The position numbers were made by a program, and so were the translations under genes. The notes below the pieces were generated by a model. It made no database searches. It saw nothing but the letters and a program-made list of their open reading frames with translations, and was not told the origin of the DNA. Below, one piece after another: positions 9,265 to 18,865 of a stretch of 64,000 bases of DNA. The stretch comes from Candidatus Latescibacterota bacterium (lineage in GTDB: Bacteria; Latescibacterota; UBA2968; UBA8231). Within the stretch, counting starts at the first letter, position 1, and every line of letters starts with the position of its first letter. Location of the stretch: assembly GCA_965215195.1 (NCBI GenBank), contig CBDCDC010000002.1:2496001-2560000 (forward strand). The letters are read 5' to 3'.

Positions 9265-10202
9265 ACCGCTCGCGCCCGGCCGGCGATGCGGCAGGACCGC
9301 ACAACGCCATCGCCGATGTGGCCGGCGTCAGCGTGGGCCACGTGGATATCCGCACGCCCAGCCTGCACACCGGCCTCACCGCCATCGTTCCGTATCCGGC
9401 CGAGGTTGCCGAGCGCAAGCTGTTTATCGGTCGCTTCTCCATAGACAGCGGCGACGCCATGAGCGGCCTTGGCGTCGCCGAAGACTTTGGCACCTTTTCC
9501 TCGCCCATTGTCCTCGCTCCGGCCCCGGTCGTCGGCCGGGTGTACGAATCCCTAATTCGCCACAGCTTGGGCCGCGACACCGGGCTATCGACCGGGACTG
9601 GCTGGCCGCCGGTCGTGGTGGGGATTGACGACACGGCGGTCAACGACCCCGCGCTCGTCCGCAAGGCCCTGACACACGCCCACGCAGACGCGGCCCTCGC
9701 CAGTGCTGGCAGTGCGGTGCCCACGGGCAATGCCGGGGTCGGCGGCGGTTTGCAAGCCTTCGGCTACAAGGGCGGCATCGGCACGGCCTCGCGCCGGGCC
9801 GGCGAGTACGCGCTGGGCGCGTTGGTAGCGGTCAACGGGGGACGCGAACTGCATTGGGCCGGTCGCGTCCTGCCGGTGGGCACCGGGGCCGGGGGAGCGC
9901 AGACCTTTGCCGCGGTTGTGGCCACGGACGCGCCCCTAATCCCGCGCCAACTAGAGCGTTTGGCTGGCCGCGCCGCGCTGGGGCTGGCGCGGACGGGCTT
10001 GTGGAACCCGCAGACGCGCGAGGGCCTCGTCCTCGCCTTTTCCACCCAAGAGCCGGGCGCAGCGGTGAGGATGGTGGGCGAAGAAAGGCTCTACCCGCTT
10101 TTTGCCGCGGCCGCTGCGGCCGCCGAGGGTGCGGTCGTCAATGCCCTCTTGGCCGCCGAGACTATCGGGGATATCAAAGCCATGCCGGAGGAAGACGGTT
10201 GA
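9261..10202 (+). CDS. divergent P1/S58 (DmpA-like) paralog
   Basis: NAIADV, KGGIGTASR, VATDAPL are retained; NGxGE and SGD are lost. Confidence 0.75.
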   Translation: MNRSRPAGDAAGPHNAIADVAGVSVGHVDIRTPSLHTGLTAIVPYPAEVAERKLFIGRFSIDSGDAMSGLGVAEDFGTFSSPIVLAPAPVVGRVYESLIRHSLGRDTGLSTGTGWPPVVVGIDDTAVNDPALVRKALTHAHADAALASAGSAVPTGNAGVGGGLQAFGYKGGIGTASRRAGEYALGALVAVNGGRELHWAGRVLPVGTGAGGAQTFAAVVATDAPLIPRQLERLAGRAALGLARTGLWNPQTREGLVLAFSTQEPGAAVRMVGEERLYPLFAAAAAAAEGAVVNALLAAETIGDIKAMPEEDG

Positions 10203-11326
10203 GCCGCAGCTTGCTCGACGATCGGGACGCGCTCAGCGCCTTCCGCGCTCGGCTCTTGGCTTGGTATCGCCAAAACAAGCGGCAGACGAGCTGGCGCGAC
10301 AGCGGCAATCCCTATCACGTCTGGGTATCCGAGGTCATGTTGCAACAGACCCGGGTGGATCAGATGGCCCCCTATTTCGAGCGTTTTATCCGCGCATTTC
10401 CCACTCTCCAATCGCTGGCCGCTGCTTCCGCGGACCAAGTGCTCAAGGTCTGGGAGGGTTTGGGCTACTATGCGCGGGCGCGCAACATGCACAAGGCGGC
10501 CAAGCGCATGGCCTTTGAGTTGGGAGGCCGCATACCGGATACGTACCAAGGGCTGATCGAGCTGCCCGGGGTTGGCCAATACACGGCCGCGGCCATCAGC
10601 AGCATTGCCTTCGACCGCGACCACCCGGTGCTCGACGGCAATGTGACCCGCGTACTCTGCCGATTGTTGCGGATTGAGGAAGAGCCGACCCGCGCCCAAG
10701 TCAAGGCGCGGCTCATCGCCGCTGGAGAGGCCCTGCTGGCCCGGGGCGAGGCCGGCGACTTCAATCAGGCGATGATGGAACTGGGGGCGCGGGTCTGCAC
10801 GCCGCAAAGCCCTGCGTGCCCGACGTGTCCGGTCGGCGGCTGGTGTCGGGCCAAGGCCGAGCTAAGCGACCCGACCGCCCTGCCGCGCAAGGCCCCGAAG
10901 AAACAGAAGCCGCATTATCAGGTGGCGGCTGGCTTGATTCGCAAGGGCGACGAGTTGCTAATCGCCCAGCGGCCGGCCGAGGGGATGCTCGGCGGCTTGT
11001 GGGAATTTCCCGGGGGCAAGCAGGAGCCCGGCGAGACCCTGCCCGAATGCTTGGTGCGCGAGATCCGCGAGGAATTGGGCATTGAAATTGAGGTGGGGGC
11101 GCGCCTGACGAGCGTGGATCACGCCTATTCGCATTTTAGCATCACCTTGCATGCGTTTGCCGCCCGCTACGTGCGCGGCACCCCCGAGGCGCTCGGCTGC
11201 GCTGCTTGGCGCTGGGTCGCGCCGGAGGCTTTGGATGACTTTGCCCTGCCGCGGGCCGACCGCCTAATCGTGGAGTTCATGCGCGAGCGCGCACAGCAGA
11301 TGGAGCTGTTTGGTGAAAAAAACTGA
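10199..11326 (+). CDS. mutY: A/G-specific adenine glycosylase with C-terminal Nudix domain
   Basis: WVSEVMLQQT, GLGYYARARN, LPGVGQYTA, 4Fe-4S motif Cx6Cx2Cx5C, GLWEFPGG. Confidence 0.93.
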   Translation: MSRSLLDDRDALSAFRARLLAWYRQNKRQTSWRDSGNPYHVWVSEVMLQQTRVDQMAPYFERFIRAFPTLQSLAAASADQVLKVWEGLGYYARARNMHKAAKRMAFELGGRIPDTYQGLIELPGVGQYTAAAISSIAFDRDHPVLDGNVTRVLCRLLRIEEEPTRAQVKARLIAAGEALLARGEAGDFNQAMMELGARVCTPQSPACPTCPVGGWCRAKAELSDPTALPRKAPKKQKPHYQVAAGLIRKGDELLIAQRPAEGMLGGLWEFPGGKQEPGETLPECLVREIREELGIEIEVGARLTSVDHAYSHFSITLHAFAARYVRGTPEALGCAAWRWVAPEALDDFALPRADRLIVEFMRERAQQMELFGEKN

Positions 11327-12212
11327 GTTGCTAGTCGAGAGCAGACGCCGCGCACCTAAGCTGATCTTGCGCGGGTTGTGCATGGGTGCGGCCGATGTAA
11401 TTCCCGGGGTTTCCGGGGGGACCATCGCCTTGGTCACGGGCATCTACGACGAGTTGGTCGGGACTATTGCCGCAGTTGATCAGCGGCTCGTGAGTGCCTT
11501 GGTGCGGGGGCGCCTGATCGAGGTATTGCAGCGAGTCAATGCCCCCTTCTTAGTGCCGCTGCTGTGCGGCGTGGGCGTGGCCATTGCCTCGCTGGCCAAG
11601 TTCATAACTTGGCTGCTAGCAACGCACCCCCAGCCCGTGTGGGGCTTTTTCACCGGCTTGATCTTGGCCAGTGCGCTCGTGGTCGCTCGGCAGGTCACCG
11701 GATGGAGGGCGGCGCAGTGGGGGCTGACGGCTCTCGGCGCAGTGGCTGGTTACGCCATTACCACGTTGGTGCCGGTCGAGACCGGAGTCGAGGGCTACAA
11801 GTTCGCGCTGGCCGGCATGGTGGCCATCTGCGCGATGATCCTGCCGGGAATTAGCGGCTCGTTTCTGCTGGTGGTCATGGGCAAATACCAGCAGGTCTTA
11901 ACCGCGGTACACGAGTTCGATTGGGCGACCTTGGCCCTCTTCGGGGTTGGGGCGGTTATTGGGCTGCTGGGCTTTGCGCGGCTGCTCAAGCACCTGCTAA
12001 GCCGCTTTCGCGCCGGCACCATGGCTTTGTTGGTGGGGTTGATGTTGGGTTCTTTGCGCAAGGTGTGGCCGTTCCGCCACGCACTGGAGGAAGGGCGCTA
12101 CGAATGCGCGTGGCCGCGGGAGTTCAGCGGCGAGGCTGGGCTGAGCTTGGGGCTGATTGCGGCGGGTGCTGTGTTGGTGTTGGCATTGGAGCGGCTGGGC
12201 AGCAGGGAGTGA
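11310..12212 (+). CDS. DUF368 membrane protein (undecaprenyl-phosphate translocase family)
   Basis: MGAADVIPGVSGGTIA and AMILPGISGS repeats. Confidence 0.9.
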   Translation: MVKKTELLVESRRRAPKLILRGLCMGAADVIPGVSGGTIALVTGIYDELVGTIAAVDQRLVSALVRGRLIEVLQRVNAPFLVPLLCGVGVAIASLAKFITWLLATHPQPVWGFFTGLILASALVVARQVTGWRAAQWGLTALGAVAGYAITTLVPVETGVEGYKFALAGMVAICAMILPGISGSFLLVVMGKYQQVLTAVHEFDWATLALFGVGAVIGLLGFARLLKHLLSRFRAGTMALLVGLMLGSLRKVWPFRHALEEGRYECAWPREFSGEAGLSLGLIAAGAVLVLALERLGSRE

Positions 12213-12395
12213 AACGCTTTCGGCTAGCCATCAAACGGCAAACCGGGCACCGGATCGCGCTTGACCGCACGGAAGCGAAGAACCGCTTACCTCCGAGGCC
12301 GTTGACGCGATTTCCGCCTTCCACCATTTTCGGGCCATGAAGAACATCACCACTACATTGCCAGAGAAACCCGCATCGCGAAGGAGTCCCTCGCC

Positions 12396-12740
12396 ATGAC
12401 CGTAGAATGGCGCTACCACCGCCCCGGCTGAACAAGCTGCAAGCGCGCACGAGAGTTTCTCGTGCAGAACGGCATGGCCGACGGCGTCGTGCAAAGCGCG
12501 ACCAAAGAGCCAATCGTCGGCGCGGCAGCCCTAACCCTGCTGGAGGGCGCGACCGAGCTGTTCGTCGCCCAAGGGCAGCGCGTCCTCCGCTTCGACCTGA
12601 CGCGGCAACGGCCCGCGGACGAGGAGTTGCTCCAGCTTCTGTTGGGACGTTCCGGCAAGCTCCGGGCACCCGCGCTCGGCTGCGGGACGCGCCTAATTGT
12701 CGGCTACAACCAAACACTGCTGCCGATGGCCCTGAGCTGA
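12396..12740 (+). CDS. ArsC/Spx-like thioredoxin-fold selenoprotein (UxxC)
   Basis: AAGGAG RBS, ATG 12396, MTVEWRYHRPG-U(TGA 12429)-TSCKRAREFL, continuing in frame to ..LLGRSGKLRAP..LIVGYN. Confidence 0.85.
12447..12465 (+). promoter_or_regulatory. putative bacterial SECIS hairpin
   Basis: GCACGAGA-GTT-TCTCGTGC, a perfect 8-bp stem starting 15 nt after the in-frame UGA, with GU in the loop. Confidence 0.7.
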
Positions 12741-12829
12741 GCCCATTCAGCACGGCGGCCCTCGATCTACATTCCGGCCCCTTCATCACCTCATTATCCA
12801 ACTACTGATCGCCAGAAAGCACCGGTCTC

Positions 12830-14101
12830 TCACTCCCGCTGGTTGGGTGTTGAGCACTGGGCTGTCAAGGACGAGAGGCTGCCCAAGTTTCTCAGCGAGG
12901 GAAAAAGGCCCGTCCAAGCGGCGACGACCAGCAACGTGCCAATGCCTCCGCTAACGACCGAGAAGACCGGGTTGAAGAGCTGGGCTACCAGCCCGGACTC
13001 AAAGCCGCCGATCTCGTTGGAAGCACCGAAGAAGATGGCAGAGACGGCTTGGACCCGGCCCCGCATCTCGTTGGGCATGCCCATCTGCGAGATGACGCGG
13101 CGGATGACCATGCTGACGTTGTCAAAGGCCCCGGCCAACGCCAGCATCAGCAGCGAGACCCAGAAGTTTTGCGAGAGGCCAAAGACAATGGTTGCCGCGC
13201 CAAAGCCGGCCACGCACCAAAGCAGGGTCTTGCCAGCGCGGCGAATCGGCGGCCGATGGGCAATGGCCAAGGCGGTGATGCTGGCGCCGATGGCCGGGGC
13301 CGCGCGCAGCCAGCCAAGCGCAGCTTCGGGTGCGAGGCCGACCGAGCTGAGGTCGATGATCTCGCGGGCGAAGATGGGCAAGAGGTACACGGCACCGCCT
13401 AGGAGTACGGCGAACAGATCGAGCGAGATCGCACCGAGTAGGAGCGGCTGGTCGCGGACGAAGCGCAGGCCGGCGGCGATCTGAGCGAACATATTGCCTC
13501 CTCGAATGCGCGGAGCAGAAGGCAAAGCCATGGCGCTGAGAAAGAGGATGAAGGCCGCGGAGGAAACGGCGCTGAGGAGGTAGGCGGCTTGGAGATTGAA
13601 GGCAATGACAAAACCGCCAATGGCCAGTCCGGCGATGCCGGTGATCTGCATCAGGCTGGTTGACCACTTGGCGGCGTTTTCAAAGAGCGCGTCCGGCACC
13701 AGCAAAGGCGCAATGGCCCGTTGCGCCGGCCAGCCTAAGCGGAGGAAGGACGAGTCCAAAAAGAGCAGCAAGTACATCCACTGGACCGGCATCTGGTGCC
13801 AGCTAAAGACGGCCAAACCCAGCGAAGCGAGTGTCGCGCCGGCCAAGCTGAGCATCATCAGCTTGCGGCGATCGAAGACGTCGGCTAGATACCCGGCCGG
13901 CAGGGTCAACAGCAACATGGGGATGGCTTGGACGAGGCCGACCATGCCGAGGGAGAGGGCTTGGCCGGTGCGGTCGTACACCTCCCAACCAATGGCCAAG
14001 CCTTGGGCGGCCGTACCCATCCGCACCAGCGAGGAGGCGATGAGATAACGCCGGAAGAGCGGGACGCGCAGGCTGGAGTAGGGGTCGTGTCTTTTGTGCA
14101 A
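12830..14101 (-). CDS. MFS transporter (EntS/DHA3-like)
   Basis: GYLADVFDRRK motif A, about 12 hydrophobic segments, MRGRV. Confidence 0.9.
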   Translation of the reverse strand: MHKRHDPYSSLRVPLFRRYLIASSLVRMGTAAQGLAIGWEVYDRTGQALSLGMVGLVQAIPMLLLTLPAGYLADVFDRRKLMMLSLAGATLASLGLAVFSWHQMPVQWMYLLLFLDSSFLRLGWPAQRAIAPLLVPDALFENAAKWSTSLMQITGIAGLAIGGFVIAFNLQAAYLLSAVSSAAFILFLSAMALPSAPRIRGGNMFAQIAAGLRFVRDQPLLLGAISLDLFAVLLGGAVYLLPIFAREIIDLSSVGLAPEAALGWLRAAPAIGASITALAIAHRPPIRRAGKTLLWCVAGFGAATIVFGLSQNFWVSLLMLALAGAFDNVSMVIRRVISQMGMPNEMRGRVQAVSAIFFGASNEIGGFESGLVAQLFNPVFSVVSGGIGTLLVVAAWTGLFPSLRNLGSLSSLTAQCSTPNQRE

Positions 14102-14120
14102 ATCAGTAGCGGTGTGCTAG

Positions 14121-14312
14121 TTATATGCGGAGTGCGATCTTACCCGGCCGACCGTCGAAATGCACCACCCCAAAGCGCTCGGGCACGTGGAATTGCGGCT
14201 TGGGCGTCAGGGTATTGGACCAAGTGATGTACTCCAGCGCACGGCCGATAATATACTTTACCTCTAGAGTTTCCTCTACTGCTGGCGTAAAAAGCCCGTT
14301 CTCAAACCGCAT
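14121..14312 (-). pseudogene. probable gene remnant (C-terminus of a CBM9-like protein)
   Basis: WSNTLTPKPQFHVPERFGVVHF resembles the W..T.TP.P.FH.PE.FG...F end of CBM9-like proteins; the rest is absent. Confidence 0.45.
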
Positions 14313-14322
14313 GGAGAAATAG

Positions 14323-14351
14323 TTGCAACCGCATTAGCCTTTTCTTACAGT
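14323..14351 (+). promoter_or_regulatory. sigma70-like promoter of the envelope operon
   Basis: TTGCAA-17 nt-TACAGT about 55 nt upstream of ATG 14407. Confidence 0.5.
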
Positions 14352-14406
14352 TTGGGCTAACGTGCAGAATTTGGTGTGCTGGTGTGCTCTTTCTTTGAGA
14401 GGTCCT

Positions 14407-17400
14407 ATGACACCGCTGCTCATTGTAGGCACTTTGCTCGGTCTAGTAGTAGGCTCGTACTTCGTACCAACCCCGGACGAAATACGAGCTTCTTTTAAGC
14501 AGGCGCAGAAGTTCTACGCCGCCGAGGACTACGAGCAAGCCATCGCAACCTACGAGCGCATCAATGCCATTGAAAACCCGCTGCTCTACACCGCGGAGAT
14601 CGAGGTTGCGGTCGGCGAGGTTGCGGCCCCGATCAAAGAAATCGCCCTCTACCAGACAGGTAATAGCTACTTCAAGCGCGCCCAAGAATCCCAACGCCGC
14701 GCCGCCCGGGAGCGCGACCCCGAACGCCAACGCCAACTCGCCGCACGAACGGCGACCTACTTTGCGGAAGCGGCCGCCTACTTCCTCGAGACCGAAGCCC
14801 AGACAACCTCCCCGCAGATGCGGGAATTGGCCCGCAACCGGCTGGTCAACTGCCTCTATGCAAGCGGCGATTACCAGCGCACCATAGAAGAGGGCCGGGC
14901 TTTTCTGCGGCAATATCCCGACAGCCAATACCTCGACAACGCCCTCTACAATATCGGCTGGGCCCATTTTGAATTGGAGCAGTACCGAGAAAGCATCAGT
15001 GCCTTTGAGGAATTGGTGCGGCACTTCCCCAAAGGATACCGCGCAGACCGGGCACTTTTCCAAATCGGCGAAGCCTACTTTCAACAGCAGCACTACGATC
15101 AGGCCACTTCCCATTATCAGGAGGTGGTCGACCGCCAAGACATCGACCGCCTCAGCGAGCGCGACCTGCTGAAGATGCGGCGCGAGAAAATAGCCGGCCT
15201 AGTGGACGAAACCGCGCTAGAACTGGCGGCTAAAGCCCAGATCAAAGTAGGGGATTGCCGCGCCCAAAGCGGGGATTTTGCCGCTGCCGCAACCGCCTAT
15301 GGCAAGGTTATAACCGCCTTCGCCCAAGAACAGAAACTGGTGGCCGAGGCCTATATCCGCCTCGCCGATATGTACACCCAAGGCGGCGACGACCAAGCGG
15401 CCGTGCGCACCTACCGCGAGGCCATCGACGGCAGCCGCAACCGCATCTTTCAGGCCAGCATGCAATCCCTGCTGGCCGAACACTACTACGGCATTGGCAA
15501 CTATCAGCGCGCCATCGCCGAATACCAACTCTACCTAGAGGCATACGGGGATGTGGCCAAAGCGGCTGGTCTGGCACCGCCTTGGGCCCTTTACAAGATC
15601 GGGCGGGCCCATTACGAGCGAGCCGAGGTCCAGCACCAAGCCGCCGCCGCCCGCTCGGCCTACGCACAGGCAATCGCCGCGTACGAACGCATCGCCACCG
15701 ACTACCCCAGCAGCGAACTAGTCCTAGCGGCTACCCCGTTTAATATCGCCCTGTGCAACCAGATGCTCGGGGCCTTGGGCAGTGCCGAGCACGCGGCCCG
15801 CGCCCTGGAGCTCTACCAAGAGATCGTCGAGGCCGGCCAAGACCCAGACTACGTGCGCAGTGCTCTTTTCCAACTGGGCCGCATCCACTACCAGCGAGCA
15901 AACTTCGAGCAGGCCATCGCCGCGTACGAGTCCATTCTGCAAAAATACTCCGAGTCCCCGCAGCGCCACGCAGCCCGCTTTGAATTGGCTCTGTGCTATC
16001 GGGATTTGGGCCAGCCCGGCAGGGCCGTGGAACTGTTCCGACAGCTTGACCGCACCGCAAATTTGTTTCCCAAGGCCATGCTCGAAACGAGCAACCTGCT
16101 AACTGCGGAGGGCGACTTCTCCGGGGCGTTAGAGGCGCTGGAGGCGGGCTTGACAGCGAGTACTGCTAAAGACGAACAGGCCCGCCTCCACTACGTGAAA
16201 GGGCGCACCCTGATCGAAACCGAGGCATTTGTCGCTGCGGTAGAGGCCCTGGGACGCACCATCGAACTAGCCGACGACGACGAGGTACGCCTCGGTGCCC
16301 TCTACGGCCGCGGCGTAAGCCTGCTCAAGCTCAAGCACTACGAGGAAGCCACAGCCGACCTAAAAGTGCTGTTGCACGGCGACAACGAGGACTTGGCTGG
16401 GGCGGCCCAGCGCATGCTTGGTCTGGCCCATCTCGAGTTGGGGCGGGAGGAAGAAGCCATCGAGGACTACCGCGCCCTAGTAGCGGCGGCAGCCGATTCA
16501 ATCGAGCGCGCCGAACACCTAGTGGTGCTGGCCGAACTTCACTACAACCTAAAGGAATTCGCCGAGGTTGAGGCCGTATGCCGGCGGATTCTCTCCTTGG
16601 ACTTGCCCGCTGGGCGCGATGAGCTGCAAGAGAAAGCCTACTTCCTAATGGGCGACGCCCACGAGTCCCGGGGCGACCCCCAAGCCTTAATCAACACCTA
16701 CCAAAAGGCCCTGTCCCGCTACCCAGACTCCTATTACTCGGCCGATATGCGCTTTGCTCTGGGGCAGGCCCTATTCGAGCGGGACGATCTCGCCGGAACC
16801 GTGCGAGTGCTCGCAGCGTACCTGCAGAAAGCACCCGCTCATCGCAACCGCCCCTATGCCCTCTACTACCTCGGATACGCCCATTTCAACCTGACTCAGT
16901 TCGAGCAAGCCGCGGCCGCCTTTGCCGACCTAGCCAGCACCTATCCCCACAGCGAACTGGCACCCGACGCATTGTTCAGGGCCGGAGAGGCCCATTACAA
17001 TTTGGGACAATTTGCAATGGCGCAAGAGCACTACCAGCAATTGCTCGCAATGCACCCGCAAGCGGATGTGGCCGACGATGCCCTCTACAATCTGGCCTGG
17101 TCCCATCTCAATATGAAACGGGAGTCCCAAGCCATCGCCGCCTTCCACAGCGTGGTTTCCAACTACCCAAACAGCCCTCTAGCGGCCAATGCCCAGTTCA
17201 CCATCGGCGACTTTTACTACAATGAAAAGGAATACGACAAAGCCCTGCAGGCCTACCAAGAAGTCAGCCGCCGCTTTCCCAGCAGTCCGGTGGCGCAAAA
17301 GGTGGCCGAATTAATAGATGACCTGCGCGAAGTAGTGGCCTACCTGCGCTACGCCGAAGTCGAGGCGGTCTTTGCCCAAGCCCTTGCAGAGCAGGATCCG

Positions 17401-17634
17401 GTCCAGTTCCGCCGGGCGGCAGCCGGCTTTGCAGAAGTCGCACGCGACTATCCCGGCACCGAAAGCGAGATCGGAGCACTGAGCAATATGGGGGTCTGCT
17501 ACGAGTCATTGGGGCAGTGGAAGGACGCAGTGCAGGTTTACGACCAAGTCCTCAATCGCCTAGCCGACGAGCAGGCCGAAGCCCATCGCTTTGCCCGCAT
17601 GCACAAAGAGTGGATCGAAACCAACCGCTTATAG
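14407..17634 (+). CDS. large TPR protein (BamD/CpoB-type repeats) with N-terminal hydrophobic anchor
   Basis: Many repeats of type ALYNIGWAHF/ALFQIGEAYF..YP.S; GAGAGG RBS. Confidence 0.88.
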   Translation: MTPLLIVGTLLGLVVGSYFVPTPDEIRASFKQAQKFYAAEDYEQAIATYERINAIENPLLYTAEIEVAVGEVAAPIKEIALYQTGNSYFKRAQESQRRAARERDPERQRQLAARTATYFAEAAAYFLETEAQTTSPQMRELARNRLVNCLYASGDYQRTIEEGRAFLRQYPDSQYLDNALYNIGWAHFELEQYRESISAFEELVRHFPKGYRADRALFQIGEAYFQQQHYDQATSHYQEVVDRQDIDRLSERDLLKMRREKIAGLVDETALELAAKAQIKVGDCRAQSGDFAAAATAYGKVITAFAQEQKLVAEAYIRLADMYTQGGDDQAAVRTYREAIDGSRNRIFQASMQSLLAEHYYGIGNYQRAIAEYQLYLEAYGDVAKAAGLAPPWALYKIGRAHYERAEVQHQAAAARSAYAQAIAAYERIATDYPSSELVLAATPFNIALCNQMLGALGSAEHAARALELYQEIVEAGQDPDYVRSALFQLGRIHYQRANFEQAIAAYESILQKYSESPQRHAARFELALCYRDLGQPGRAVELFRQLDRTANLFPKAMLETSNLLTAEGDFSGALEALEAGLTASTAKDEQARLHYVKGRTLIETEAFVAAVEALGRTIELADDDEVRLGALYGRGVSLLKLKHYEEATADLKVLLHGDNEDLAGAAQRMLGLAHLELGREEEAIEDYRALVAAAADSIERAEHLVVLAELHYNLKEFAEVEAVCRRILSLDLPAGRDELQEKAYFLMGDAHESRGDPQALINTYQKALSRYPDSYYSADMRFALGQALFERDDLAGTVRVLAAYLQKAPAHRNRPYALYYLGYAHFNLTQFEQAAAAFADLASTYPHSELAPDALFRAGEAHYNLGQFAMAQEHYQQLLAMHPQADVADDALYNLAWSHLNMKRESQAIAAFHSVVSNYPNSPLAANAQFTIGDFYYNEKEYDKALQAYQEVSRRFPSSPVAQKVAELIDDLREVVAYLRYAEVEAVFAQALAEQDPVQFRRAAAGFAEVARDYPGTESEIGALSNMGVCYESLGQWKDAVQVYDQVLNRLADEQAEAHRFARMHKEWIETNRL

Positions 17635-17641
17635 GAGTACC

Positions 17642-18865
17642 GTGGCCGCGCAAATGGATGCCAAACGCTTTGCCATGCCGACGGACGCGCTCCGTTTGGA
17701 GAAATTGCTGCGCCGACAGCGCGGGGTGCTCTACCGGGCGCTGGCGATAGCTATTGCTCTGTTGGCCATACCCGCAATCTACCTAGCTACCAGGGAAGAA
17801 GAAAAAAGGGCACCCAAACCCCCGCTGATGCACCTCGTAGTGCGCAAGCCGCGCCTGACCAAAGCCTTTGAGTTTGAGAAACGGCAAATCCCCAAACGGC
17901 AGATGACCCGCCAAGTGCAGGCGGCCAAGCCGCAAATCACCCGCAAACCCCAGCTTCGCCTCCCCGACCTAGTCGGCAAGATCAAGACCTTCCGCTTCGG
18001 CGTTGCAAGCGGCGCGGATCTAGGCTTGGAAGTGGTCCAGCCCGCAGTGCAGCGCGTCGCCATCAAAAGCCCCAAAGAGCCGGAAAAGCGCATCAGCATG
18101 CAGGAGGAATTCCTCGACTTGGAAGCGCTGGATATCGGCCGCTATAAGGGGCTGGTAGTCCAAGATCCGACCGACAAACAGAACATCACTGGCTTCGTTT
18201 ACCTAGCCCTAGCCTGGGGCAACGACTTCAAACCGTCGACCCAGCGGGCCATCTTTGAGCTAGTCGAAGCGATTAATGGATTTACCCAGATTCGGGCCGA
18301 AGTAGATGACCATCTCTTCCTCGATTCGCGCGCTATCTTCCGGGCACCCTTCGTGTACATCTCCGTCGATCAAGCCTTTGAACCCACCCAGCAGGAGATC
18401 GCCAATCTGGGCGACTATTTGCGGCAGGGCGGCTTTGTCATGGTGGAGGCCATGAGCGAGTTGGGCCGGGATGCCGCCACCGAGTACACCCCGGCCGAAG
18501 CCTCGCTGCGGGAAATGCTCAAGGCTTCGCTGGGGCGGGATGCGCGCTTCAAGGTCATCCCCAACGACCACCCCATATACCACAGTTTTTACGACTTCGA
18601 CGATGGCCCGCCGCCAAAGCGGACTCAGGAAAGGCTCGTATTTGGCCGCGATTTTCATCCCGAGGTGCCCTTTCTCGAAGGCATCTTTCTGGGCGAGCGG
18701 CTGGTGGCAATTTTCACGACCAAGGAATATGGACGCGCTTGGGAAAAGGAATTCCGCAACGAGCCACAGCTACAAATGGGCGTCAACCTAGTGGTGTTCG
18801 CCCTGACTCAGCAAGGTTCTATTGCCCAGCAACAGATCGATTTCTACACGGAGCAAAACCAATGA
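17642..18865 (+). CDS. membrane-anchored DUF4159 protein
   Basis: TM helix, Lys/Arg/Pro-rich linker, then PFVYI..LGDYLRQGGF..NDHPIYHSFYDF..MGVNLVVFALT; AGGAG RBS with GTG start. Confidence 0.8.
   Translation: MAAQMDAKRFAMPTDALRLEKLLRRQRGVLYRALAIAIALLAIPAIYLATREEEKRAPKPPLMHLVVRKPRLTKAFEFEKRQIPKRQMTRQVQAAKPQITRKPQLRLPDLVGKIKTFRFGVASGADLGLEVVQPAVQRVAIKSPKEPEKRISMQEEFLDLEALDIGRYKGLVVQDPTDKQNITGFVYLALAWGNDFKPSTQRAIFELVEAINGFTQIRAEVDDHLFLDSRAIFRAPFVYISVDQAFEPTQQEIANLGDYLRQGGFVMVEAMSELGRDAATEYTPAEASLREMLKASLGRDARFKVIPNDHPIYHSFYDFDDGPPPKRTQERLVFGRDFHPEVPFLEGIFLGERLVAIFTTKEYGRAWEKEFRNEPQLQMGVNLVVFALTQQGSIAQQQIDFYTEQNQ

Noticed and set aside
12337-12399. uORF MKNITTTLPEKPASRRSPSP as a Thr attenuator leader
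   Set aside because: No terminator/antiterminator is visible and the downstream gene is unrelated to Thr metabolism; probably chance.
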